64,000 nucleotides of DNA from an uncultured Verrucomicrobiae bacterium. Lineage in GTDB: Bacteria > Verrucomicrobiota > Verrucomicrobiia > Chthoniobacterales > Chthoniobacteraceae. The first letter of the stretch is position 1. Each line of letters starts with the position of its first letter. The notes beneath the pieces were generated by a model, which ran no database searches, was not told the origin of the DNA, and saw only the letters and a list, made by a program, of their open reading frames with translations. Made by a program: the position numbers and the translations under genes. The stretch is from the NCBI GenBank assembly GCA_963836755.1, contig CAWIKF010000002.1, positions 2,176,001 to 2,240,000 of the forward strand, read 5' to 3'. This document shows, in pieces, positions 30,864-39,302 of the stretch.

Positions 30864-30894
30864 CGGCAGGCGGTTGGCCTGAGTATCTGCGCAG

Positions 30895-31665
30895 TTAGGC
30901 GGTCGGCTCCACAAGATGGCGAACCTCAACTTCCTTCTGGCCGAGCCGGGTGATGAAATAGCGACTGCCGTCGAAATGGATCAAATCTTTCCGCTCTCCT
31001 AAGCCATTCAAGGTTCTGGCAAGGTTGGCGCGCATTTGTGGACGAACCCAACTTTCCATTTCTTTGAAAGCCGCTCCCTGTTCGCCGCGTTGATACAGTA
31101 GCACAAGGCAGTGATCGCTGACCGCAAGGTTGGGCTTCAAGATTTTCAAGAAGCCGTTGAAATCTTGAACGACAGGAACAGCACGCGTCACGATTTCGCT
31201 CACCATCTGTTGAGCAACATCAGCGCTAACGTTGTGATAGAGTCGAACGAACTCGGCCAGAACCCAATCGAGCACGGAGGATACGAGCATAGCGTCCTGC
31301 ACATTGGGGTCTATACCGTCGCCGAGATGGGCCGCATCCCGTTTGTTTCGAATGTCATATACCAAGCGAAGCGCTCGCGGAATATGAATGCGCACCGCAT
31401 CTGGATGCGATTCCTTTGGTAAGTTCTCCAGCTTCTGAATAGCCTTGTCAGTGTTTAGCTGGGTTCCGAGAGGGGTGAAACTTCCTTGGCTGATCTGCTC
31501 CAGCAACCGGAACGCAGCCTCGCAAAATCTGCCTCCTTCGACCTCAGTAAGACGAAGCCCACCTAGGTAGAGACTCTTTTTCGCTTGAGAGTGCGCTTCC
31601 AATAATTCGTCAACAAGCTTCGGCGGCAACGCCGTAGCAAGTTGGGATTGAATCGTAGTGCGCAC
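30895..31665 (-). CDS. Hypothetical protein with HEPN-like Rx6H motif and C-terminal winged-helix-like region
   Basis: Helical N-terminal domain with RNKRDAAH; C-terminal YFITRLG wing-like motif. Confidence 0.65.
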   Translation of the reverse strand: MRTTIQSQLATALPPKLVDELLEAHSQAKKSLYLGGLRLTEVEGGRFCEAAFRLLEQISQGSFTPLGTQLNTDKAIQKLENLPKESHPDAVRIHIPRALRLVYDIRNKRDAAHLGDGIDPNVQDAMLVSSVLDWVLAEFVRLYHNVSADVAQQMVSEIVTRAVPVVQDFNGFLKILKPNLAVSDHCLVLLYQRGEQGAAFKEMESWVRPQMRANLARTLNGLGERKDLIHFDGSRYFITRLGQKEVEVRHLVEPTA

Positions 31666-31672
31666 GCTTCAA

Positions 31673-32254
31673 TTAGTTCGTCTTCGCCGCAGATTTCTTC
31701 GTCTTCTTTCTCCGAGGCTTTCGGTGATTCGCTAGCACGGCCTTAACAGCTTCTTCGTCAGGCAGGGCGGCTACGACATCCTCACCCAAAGCAGTGATTT
31801 GCTTTTTTCCTTCCCCAACAGCGCCAAGAAACTTGTTTTGTTTTGTGGCATTACCGACAGCCATCGATGGATTTGAGAGGGGGGTGCCTCCCGCTTCTGT
31901 ATTCAGCCTGGTCAAATCCTCGGTCTTGAAGTGGGTTTGCTCGCGAGCATGCGTCAGGTAGTAGGCCAGGCAGGCAATCCGCTGAACGTCTGTCTTTGGC
32001 ATCTTCATTTTAAGAAACTGCTTCGAGGACTGACCCTCCTGGATTCCGCCGCCGCCAGACGCGCTACCTACACCTGAACCACCTTGTATTCCGCTCGACG
32101 CGCTTCCTTGCGTGACGTTCGAAGGGACTGAAACTCCCATTCGTTCGGCCACGGTCTTCAAAACAAATCTGCGTTGTGTTTCGTCGAGCGGCTCGAGCGC
32201 CTGAAGTATGGACTTCAGCGAATTTAATTCCTGATCAAAAGCGGAAACTTTCAT
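31673..32254 (-). CDS. Hypothetical protein, winged-helix-like C-terminal domain
   Basis: Short helical N-terminal domain, G/S linker, LAYYL...QITALGE, basic tail; 7 bp upstream of the HEPN-like gene. Confidence 0.65.
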   Translation of the reverse strand: MKVSAFDQELNSLKSILQALEPLDETQRRFVLKTVAERMGVSVPSNVTQGSASSGIQGGSGVGSASGGGGIQEGQSSKQFLKMKMPKTDVQRIACLAYYLTHAREQTHFKTEDLTRLNTEAGGTPLSNPSMAVGNATKQNKFLGAVGEGKKQITALGEDVVAALPDEEAVKAVLANHRKPRRKKTKKSAAKTN

Positions 32255-32340
32255 GTGGGGATCGTTATCGGTTTTTGGTTAATTGCGCAAGCCGGATTTA
32301 GGCCGGCAGTTTGCGACGCAATTCGAAATGATACTCGCGG

Positions 32341-32673
32341 TTAGGCAATGGAGCCTTTGATGGGGGCGTCGTCGAAGCGCAGGGGAAGGAAGCGGCGCTC
32401 CTTGTTCAGTGGATCGCGAAAGCGGAACGTGCCGGACTCCAACTGCGCCCAGTCCGAGCCGAACGCATTCGCCGACATGCACAGCACCAGCACGCGTGAT
32501 CGCTCCAGCCCTTCCTCGATCTTGGCCGGGATGCTGTCGCCCGGCTTGAGCACCCATTCATCGAACCACACCTTTACCCCGTCCTTCCGCAACCGCTCCG
32601 CCAGCGGGCGCACCACCGCCTTGTCCTTCGCGCTGTGGCTTAGGAAGACGTCGTATGTAAAAGGATCAGGCAT
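32341..32673 (-). CDS. TIR domain protein (short, probably a truncated N-terminus)
   Basis: YDVFLSHSAKDK, VWFDEW, PGDSI, SDWAQLE (catalytic Glu position). Confidence 0.85.
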   Translation of the reverse strand: MPDPFTYDVFLSHSAKDKAVVRPLAERLRKDGVKVWFDEWVLKPGDSIPAKIEEGLERSRVLVLCMSANAFGSDWAQLESGTFRFRDPLNKERRFLPLRFDDAPIKGSIA

Positions 32674-32840
32674 GGGTTTTGATGGAGCCAATAAAGGAGA
32701 GTAGTTCGCTTCTCGTTTTATCAGCATCGAAGGTAGAGAAGGAACAGCTTTTGTTAAAACCAAATTAAGATGCGAAATATGCGTGGGTTCTTGTCATCGT
32801 AGCCAGCTCTGCGTCGACAATCCATCGTGTCCGTCTGACA

Positions 32841-32869
32841 TTGACGAAGAAAGGGTGTGTGGCTACTTT
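32841..32869 (+). promoter_or_regulatory. Sigma-70-like promoter, probably leaderless, for the addiction module
   Basis: TTGACG-N17-TACTTT, with the ATG 6 nt after the -10 box. Confidence 0.6.
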
Positions 32870-32875
32870 GCTGTT

Positions 32876-33106
32876 ATGTCCACGCGGCAACTCAAGGAAG
32901 AGGCGATGGCGCTTCCACTCGCGGAACGGGTGTCGCTGGCGCAGGAGCTTTGGGCGAGCATCGATGCGGGTTTGAAGGAAGCCGATGAGCAGGAGGCAGT
33001 GCGCGAGGCGATTCGACGCGATCAAGAGTTGTCTTCCGGCGCGGCCAGCGGGCGCACGCACGAGCAAGTGATGCAGGCGGCACGGCGTGCTATCGGATGC
33101 GACTGA
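32876..33106 (+). CDS. Putative addiction-module antitoxin (TIGR02574-like)
   Basis: LPLAERVSLAQELWASI...EAIRRDQELSSG; overlaps the toxin start. Confidence 0.85.
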   Translation: MSTRQLKEEAMALPLAERVSLAQELWASIDAGLKEADEQEAVREAIRRDQELSSGAASGRTHEQVMQAARRAIGCD

Positions 33107-33393
33107 TTTATCATCCCGATGCCGAAGCGGAACTAACCGAGGCGGCTTAGTTTTATGAGCGCAGAGTTTCATCGCTCGGCGCACAGTTCCTAGACTCCGC
33201 AGATCGAGCGGTTCGCACGATCCTCGATGCGCCTGACCGATGGAGCGCCGTCGAGAGCGATATCCGGCACTACCTCATGCCTCGCTTTCCCTTCACGATC
33301 TACTATCGAGTCTTTCCCGATCACATCCGCATTCTCGCCTTCAAGCATCAAAGCCGGCATCCAGACTACTGGCGTTATCGCCTATCAGAGTAA
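33097..33393 (+). pseudogene. RelE/ParE-family toxin with in-frame amber stop at codon 18
   Basis: MRLIYHPDAEAELTEAA*FYE...LGAQF...RFPFTIYYR...ILAFKHQSRHPDYW; TAG at 33148-33150. Confidence 0.85.
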
Positions 33394-33475
33394 TTATCTG
33401 CAACCGACAACGGTCGGAAGGATATTTCCTCCTGAAAAAGCAGGTGTTACTCTGAGAAGGTTGGTTCGGTGGGCG

Positions 33476-33748
33476 GGAAACTTTCCTGCTTTTTCCGAAG
33501 ACTTCCTTCCTTTTGTTACGGAGGGATATGTTTTCTCGGGAAAAGGATATCCCTTTGCAGAAGAAACATATGTTTCCGCGGCGAAAACATACCCTTTTGT
33601 GACGGACACATATGTTTTCGGGAGGGAAACATATCCTTTTGTTGCGGACACCTATCGTTTCGCGACGGGCACATATCTTCCCGCGACGGACACCTATGTT
33701 CTCGTCGCAGAAACATATCCTTTTGCTGGAGATTGATCTCGTTTCGGC
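33476..33748. repeat. Degenerate 21-nt tandem array (~13 units) with dyad cores
   Basis: Units such as GAAGAAACATATGTTTCCGCG / GCGAAAACATACCCTTTTGTG / ACGGACACATATGTTTTCGGG / AGGGAAACATATCCTTTTGTT in unbroken 21-nt register. Confidence 0.9.
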
Positions 33749-33926
33749 GCGGCTTTAGGGAACTTTGAGGGAGACTTGGCGGAGCTTGCGCGCGGCGGAG
33801 GGAAGGGCGGTTGAGATGCGCAGCTTTTCCGGGGAGATGCGGCGACGGATGGCGGCGGGGTGGTTACGGTCGTGGCTTCAATCGAACCAACCAAAACCAA
33901 CTCAGTTCAATCCAGCCCGCTCTATT

Positions 33927-34550
33927 ATGATCGCAAAAGTTTCCATCAATTTTCTCAATGACGACACGGACCCGGAGTTGCTCGTCGATACCGACCGCGT
34001 GCTTACTTTGATGACGGGGAATGCGGTTTATGTGACGCCCGACCCGACGCTGGCGGCCGTGACGGCATCGCGCACGCTGTTTCAAGGCACGGTGAATGCG
34101 CTCAATGGTGGCACGGAGGCAACGGCGGCGCGCGATGCGCAGCGGAAGGTATTCGCGGGGCTCGTCCGCGACCTCGCCGCCTATGTGCAGAAGGCGTGCG
34201 GCGGTGACATGGTGAAGCTGCTGAGTTCCGGCTTTCCCGCGCAGAAGGATCGGCAGCCGGTGAACGGCGACCTGTCTGCGCCGGGAAATCTGCGGCTGAC
34301 GCGTTCCGGGATGAGCGGACAGATGAAGGCGCGCTGCACGCCGGTGGACAATGCGACGGGTTATCAATGGCGCTGGGCGCTTTCGACAGCGCCGACGGTT
34401 TTCACGATGGTCGAGCCGCCGACGACTGCGGCGAATGTGCTGATCGAGAATTTGACGCCGGGGACGGTTTACGTGGTGCAGGTGCGCGCGACGGGGACGA
34501 AGGGGAGGATGAGTGACTGGAGCGACCCTGCGGTTTTGATGGCGGTTTGA
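33927..34550 (+). CDS. Helical N-domain + fibronectin type III-like protein, no signal peptide
   Basis: APGNL, NLTPGTVYVVQVRA, SDWSDP FN3 motifs. Confidence 0.8.
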   Translation: MIAKVSINFLNDDTDPELLVDTDRVLTLMTGNAVYVTPDPTLAAVTASRTLFQGTVNALNGGTEATAARDAQRKVFAGLVRDLAAYVQKACGGDMVKLLSSGFPAQKDRQPVNGDLSAPGNLRLTRSGMSGQMKARCTPVDNATGYQWRWALSTAPTVFTMVEPPTTAANVLIENLTPGTVYVVQVRATGTKGRMSDWSDPAVLMAV

Positions 34551-34596
34551 CGGCGGGTCGGCTGGGGTCAAAAAGCGGCCATCGGCTGCAAAATCC

Positions 34597-34627
34597 CCAT
34601 CCGTGTTCCATCCGTTTCCATCCGTGG
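34597..34627 (+). repeat. Short triple repeat (CCATCCGT core)
   Basis: CCATCCGTGTT CCATCCGTTT CCATCCGTGG. Confidence 0.75.
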
Positions 34628-34678
34628 CTAAACCCGACACAGAGCGGTATCGGCTCGTGACGCGGGTTTGACGCAACT

Positions 34679-35905
34679 TTATGTCGACTTTTTCCGCAGG
34701 AGCTCTTCGTAAAGCTCCGCCGTCTGCTGCGCGATCGCGTGCCAGGAAAACTTTTCCTCAGCGCGCTTGCGGCCGGCTTTGCCGAAACGGTTACGCTTTT
34801 CGGGGTCGGCCATGAGCTCGTTGATGCCGGCGGCGAGGTCGCGGGAGAATTGGTCGGGGTTCGACGGCTCGAAGGGGCTCTCTTTCATCTGCTCGAGCGG
34901 GACGAGGATGCCGGTTTCGCCCGGGACGACGACTTCTTTAATGCCGCCGACGGCGCTGGCGACGACGGCCGTTTCGCAGGCCATGGCTTCGAGGTTGATG
35001 ATGCCGAACGGTTCGTAGATGGAGGGGCAGCAGAAGACGGCGGCCTGGGAGTAAAGTTCGTAGACGGTGGTTTTGTTCACCATTTCCTCGATCCAGATGA
35101 CGTCGGGGCGCTGAACTTTGACGGCATCGACGGCGGCTTTCATCTCGGCGGCGATCTCCGGGGTGTCGGGCGCGCCGGCGCAGAGGACGATCTGGAAGCC
35201 GGGGTGCATGTATTTCACGGCGTTGACGAGGTGGACGATGCCTTTCTGCCGTGTGATGCGGCCGACGAAGAGGACGAAGGGGACGGCGGGGTCGATGCCG
35301 TATTTCTCCAGCGCGACGGTGGTGGTGACGGGCTGGTATTCGTCGAGGTCGATGCCGTTGTAGATGATGGGGACGCGCTCTTTCGGGACGTTAAACAAAC
35401 GGAGGATGTCTCTTTGCGTCTCGCGGGAGACGGCGATGACGGCGTCGGCCATCTCTATGGCGGTTTTCTCGACCCAGCAGGAAAAGTCGTAGCCGCCGCC
35501 GAGTTGCTCGCGTTTCCACGGGCGGAGGGGCTCGAGCGAATGGACGGTGAGGACGAACGGGATGCCGTAGTTCATCTTCGCGAGGATGCCGCCGAAATGC
35601 GTATACCAAGTGTGGCAATGGACGATGTCGGCGTCGATATTCGTGGTGTTCCAGTCGAGACAATGTTGGACGGCGTTAAACACGCTGTGGAGCGGCTTCG
35701 GCGCGGTGTAGCCGCTGGTGTCGACGCCGTAGCCGGTGGCCTGGAGCGTGGGCGTGTCGATGCGCGTCTCGCGCTTTTCCTTGCCGTAGCAGCGGGCTTC
35801 GACGTCGATGAGCTTTGAGAGTTCGCGCGACAGGTAATCGACGTGGACGCCGGCGCCGCCGTAGATGGTGGGTGGGAATTCGTTTGTTAAAAAAAGTGCT
35901 TTCAT
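34679..35905 (-). CDS. glgA: Glycogen synthase, GT4 GlgA/GlgM type
   Basis: TNEFPPTIYGGAGVHV, HSLEPLRPWKREQLGGGY, YEPFGIINLEAMAC. Confidence 0.9.
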   Translation of the reverse strand: MKALFLTNEFPPTIYGGAGVHVDYLSRELSKLIDVEARCYGKEKRETRIDTPTLQATGYGVDTSGYTAPKPLHSVFNAVQHCLDWNTTNIDADIVHCHTWYTHFGGILAKMNYGIPFVLTVHSLEPLRPWKREQLGGGYDFSCWVEKTAIEMADAVIAVSRETQRDILRLFNVPKERVPIIYNGIDLDEYQPVTTTVALEKYGIDPAVPFVLFVGRITRQKGIVHLVNAVKYMHPGFQIVLCAGAPDTPEIAAEMKAAVDAVKVQRPDVIWIEEMVNKTTVYELYSQAAVFCCPSIYEPFGIINLEAMACETAVVASAVGGIKEVVVPGETGILVPLEQMKESPFEPSNPDQFSRDLAAGINELMADPEKRNRFGKAGRKRAEEKFSWHAIAQQTAELYEELLRKKST

Positions 35906-36215
35906 TGGGTTGGGAGAAGGAAAAAAGCGAACCGATTCATTGCGGCCATGCGTATCGCATTTATCGTTGCGAAACAAATCTCCTATTTTTTCCGCAACGC
36001 CCCACTTTTCCCTTTTTCTTTCTGAGAAAGCTTCGCCTGTTTTTCCACATGATTTCCGTTTTGTCTTCCGAGAATCCCGCTTTCTGCGGGGAATCCTTTT
36101 ATTTCCGCAGGGCACGAATCGTGGTTTTATGGTCGACCCGTCTGCGCATGATTTTTGGTTCCCTCCCCTTCACCGTTAAGATCCTTCAACGCCGGCTTCG
36201 CGCCGTTTCCGGGAA

Positions 36216-37178
36216 TTGAACGCGCCGATTCGCAAGGCATTCGTGCTGGGCGCGGGACTCGGCACGCGCTTGAAAACATTGACGGCGAGGACGCCGAAGC
36301 CGCTGCTGCCGATCTTCGGGAAACCTCTGATCACCTTCGCGTTTGACCATCTCATTCGCAACGGCGCGGAGCAGTTCGTCATCAATACGCACCACTGCCC
36401 GGAGTGTTATACACGCATTTTTCCAGAACACTTTTACCGCGGACTGCCGCTCCACTTTGAACACGAGCCAACGCTGCTGGAAACGGCTGGTGGGATCAAA
36501 AACGTCGAGCGATTGCTGCGCAACGACACGTTCATCGTTTACAACGGCGACATCCTCAGCGACCTGCCGATCGAGCGCGCGGTCAGCCAGCACTTCGAGC
36601 AGCGGAACGACGTGACGCTCATCCTCCGCTCCAGCGGCGCTCCGCTCCACATCGCGCTCGAGGGCAGCCGCGTGGTCGATATCGCGGGGCGCTTGCGCGC
36701 AAAGGCCGACGGCCATTACATGTTCACCGGCATCTATATTGTGAGCCCGTCATTCCTGGTCAAAATTCCGTCGCGCACCAAAATTTCCGTGATCCCGATC
36801 TTCATGAACATGATCCAGAAAAACCAAAAGCTCGGCGGCATCGTGATCGACGAGGGACATTGGTGGGACCTCGGCACGCGCGAAAGTTATCTCGAGGTGC
36901 ATCGACACCTTGCGAAACAACCGTTGGAATTTGAAATCAATCCGCGGATCGCGGGCACATGGCCGGAGTTCATACACCCGAGCGCGGAAATTTCTTCCTC
37001 GGCGAAAATATCCGGCGCCACATCCATTGGAGCGTCGGCGTTCATCAGCCCGGGCGTGCAGCTCCACGACTGCATCATCTGGGAACACGCCCGGGTCGCC
37101 CCCGGCGCTGTGTTGAACAACTGCATCGTCACTTCCGGCCAGACGGCGAGCGGCTCGCACACCGATCTCGATTTCTAA
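36216..37178 (+). CDS. Sugar-phosphate nucleotidyltransferase (MurU-like)
   Basis: LGAGLGTRL, PKPLL, LETAGGI, YNGD, WWDLGT; adjacent to an AmgK-like kinase. Confidence 0.8.
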   Translation: MNAPIRKAFVLGAGLGTRLKTLTARTPKPLLPIFGKPLITFAFDHLIRNGAEQFVINTHHCPECYTRIFPEHFYRGLPLHFEHEPTLLETAGGIKNVERLLRNDTFIVYNGDILSDLPIERAVSQHFEQRNDVTLILRSSGAPLHIALEGSRVVDIAGRLRAKADGHYMFTGIYIVSPSFLVKIPSRTKISVIPIFMNMIQKNQKLGGIVIDEGHWWDLGTRESYLEVHRHLAKQPLEFEINPRIAGTWPEFIHPSAEISSSAKISGATSIGASAFISPGVQLHDCIIWEHARVAPGAVLNNCIVTSGQTASGSHTDLDF

Positions 37179-37181
37179 ACG

Positions 37182-38183
37182 ATGCGCCTCGCCGATTCTC
37201 TCCTCCGCGAAACCGTCTCGCGTTTTCCGCGCTACGCGAAGAGCGGCATCAAAATCGAGCCGGTGGAAAAGGGCGGCTCCGACCGCAAATATTACCGCGT
37301 CCGCATCGGCGGCGAGCATTCGCTCATCCTCGTGAAATACGGCGACGGCCGCGCAGAGAATCGCCACTACGTCGCGATCGCGCAATTCCTCGCGAGTCTC
37401 GAAATTCACGTGCCGGAGATTTATTTCCATGATGAAAATGAGCAACTGATCTGGATGGAAGATCTCGGCGAGCGCGATCTCTGGTCGTTCCGCAACGAGC
37501 CGTGGGAGACGCGCCGCGAGCTTTACGCCAGCACGCTCGATGAGCTCGTCGCGCTGCATGCGCGCGCTCATCACGCGTTGCCAGATGCGGGGCTAACTTT
37601 GGAAGCGGAGTTCAACGCCGACCTCTACGCATGGGAACAAAATTACTTTTTCGAAAATTGCGCGCACCGGTATTTTGGCTCCGACCGCGCGGAATGTGAT
37701 CGCGATGCGCTGCGCGAAATCGCGTCGCAGTTGCATGAGCTGCCGCGCGTTTTGGTGCATCGCGATTTCCAGTCGCAAAACATTTTGATCGATCACGACC
37801 GCGCGCACCTCATCGATTTCCAAGGGCTGCGCCCCGGTCTCGCGCCTTACGATCTCGCCTCGCTGATTTACGATCCATACGTCGCGCTGCCGGAATCCGA
37901 GCGCGCGGAGCTGCAGCAAACTTACATTGAAAAAGCACAAGAGGCCGGCGTCGAAATTTCGAAAAACTTCCACGAAATCTTCGACCTCTGCGCGATGCAA
38001 AGATTGATGCAGGCACTCGGCGCATACGGTTTTCTTGGCCTCGTGAAAAGGCGGACGCACTTCCTCGATCACATCCCGATCGCGCTCCATTCGCTGCGCG
38101 AAGTCACCGCGCGGATCAAAGTTTTGCGGGAGCTGCCGGAGCTGCTCGCCGACTTTTGCGACAACATTTCGCGTGAAAAATGA
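37182..38183 (+). CDS. APH-family phosphotransferase (AmgK-like)
   Basis: GSDRKYYR, MEDLG, HRDFQSQNI, IDFQG, YDLASL, QRLMQALGAYG. Confidence 0.82.
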   Translation: MRLADSLLRETVSRFPRYAKSGIKIEPVEKGGSDRKYYRVRIGGEHSLILVKYGDGRAENRHYVAIAQFLASLEIHVPEIYFHDENEQLIWMEDLGERDLWSFRNEPWETRRELYASTLDELVALHARAHHALPDAGLTLEAEFNADLYAWEQNYFFENCAHRYFGSDRAECDRDALREIASQLHELPRVLVHRDFQSQNILIDHDRAHLIDFQGLRPGLAPYDLASLIYDPYVALPESERAELQQTYIEKAQEAGVEISKNFHEIFDLCAMQRLMQALGAYGFLGLVKRRTHFLDHIPIALHSLREVTARIKVLRELPELLADFCDNISREK

Positions 38184-38419
38184 ACTCGCCGCTGATGCAA
38201 TTTTTCAAGCGCGCGCTCGGCCGCGAACCGGCGCTGCATCCGATCGATCGCGGCCTCGCGAAGCGCTGGATCAAACAGCGGCTCGTCCGCGTTTTTCCGG
38301 AGCTGCGCGATGATCCGAAAGCGCTCGAAGCCGCGTATCATGCGCTCAGTCTCGAGCCTAAGCTGGGCACCGAGGAAGGCGACGCGGGGACTTACTTCGA
38401 GATGAATTGGCCGTTGTAA
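38180..38419 (+). CDS. Small hypothetical protein
   Basis: ATGA-coupled to the upstream kinase; 79 aa. Confidence 0.6.
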   Translation: MNSPLMQFFKRALGREPALHPIDRGLAKRWIKQRLVRVFPELRDDPKALEAAYHALSLEPKLGTEEGDAGTYFEMNWPL

Positions 38420-38467
38420 AACTTTCGCCAGCGCTGCGTTTCGCGCGAAAGTTTGCGGCGTAGTCTC

Positions 38468-39295
38468 ATGAAAAAAACTTTGCTCCCATTGCTATTTTGC
38501 GTCTGCGCGCTCGCCGGATGCGCGCCGCTCACGCCGCCGCCCGCGGGCGAAACGATCATCCACAATCGCGTTTATTCCGTGCCGCCCGATGGACGCCCGC
38601 TGCGGCTCGACATTTATTCGCCGTCGGGGCGCGGCCCGTTTCCACTGGTCATGTGGATTCACGGCGGCGGCTGGAAATATGGCAACAAAGGCTGGATGCT
38701 TTACCTGCGAAAGCTGACGCAGCGCGGCTTCGCGGTCGCATCGGTCGAATATCGGCTGAGCAATCGCGCGAAATATCCGGCGCAGTTAAACGACTGCCGC
38801 GACGCGCTCGCGTGGCTTTGGAAAAATGGCGCGAGCTATCGACTCGACCGCCGCAACACTTTCCTCGCCGGAGCTTCCGCGGGCGGACATCTCGCGGCGA
38901 TGCTCGGCCTCGAGGAAGGCCACGCGCGAATCGACGCCGTCTGCGCGATGTATCCGGCGACTGACCTGACGGGCTTTCCAAACCAGGACGCGCTGCGCGG
39001 ATACTTGCCGGAATTGCTCGGCGGCTCGGTCAATCAAAAACGGGCGCTGGCGGAATCGGGCAGCCCCGTGCGGCATGTCGATAGGAGTGCGCCGCCGTTT
39101 TTGATTTTCCACGGCGACAAAGATTTGCTCGTGCCGATCCGTCAAAGCGAGGAACTCGACGCCAAGCTGCATCGCGCGGGCGTCGAATCGCATCTCGTCG
39201 TGCTGCCGGGAATGCCGCACGGCTTTGCGCTGACCGATGCGCAACTCGATTCGGTCGCGCGATTTTTCCGCGCGCATCTTCGCGAAAAACTTTGA
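38468..39295 (+). CDS. Alpha/beta hydrolase (HSL-type esterase) lipoprotein
   Basis: Lipobox LAGC, HGGGW, GASAG, HGDKD, HGF. Confidence 0.9.
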   Translation: MKKTLLPLLFCVCALAGCAPLTPPPAGETIIHNRVYSVPPDGRPLRLDIYSPSGRGPFPLVMWIHGGGWKYGNKGWMLYLRKLTQRGFAVASVEYRLSNRAKYPAQLNDCRDALAWLWKNGASYRLDRRNTFLAGASAGGHLAAMLGLEEGHARIDAVCAMYPATDLTGFPNQDALRGYLPELLGGSVNQKRALAESGSPVRHVDRSAPPFLIFHGDKDLLVPIRQSEELDAKLHRAGVESHLVVLPGMPHGFALTDAQLDSVARFFRAHLREKL

Positions 39296-39302
39296 CGCCG
39301 AT

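Noticed and set aside
30894..32346. GCCTAAC at the stops of the TIR and HEPN-like genes as integron attC R'' sites
   Set aside because: I could not find a matching downstream GTTRRRY closing an attC hairpin, and no integron integrase is present.
33148..33150. Amber recoding (pyrrolysine or an alternative code) in the toxin
   Set aside because: Other genes here end normally in TAG and no recoding machinery is visible; a nonsense mutation is simpler.
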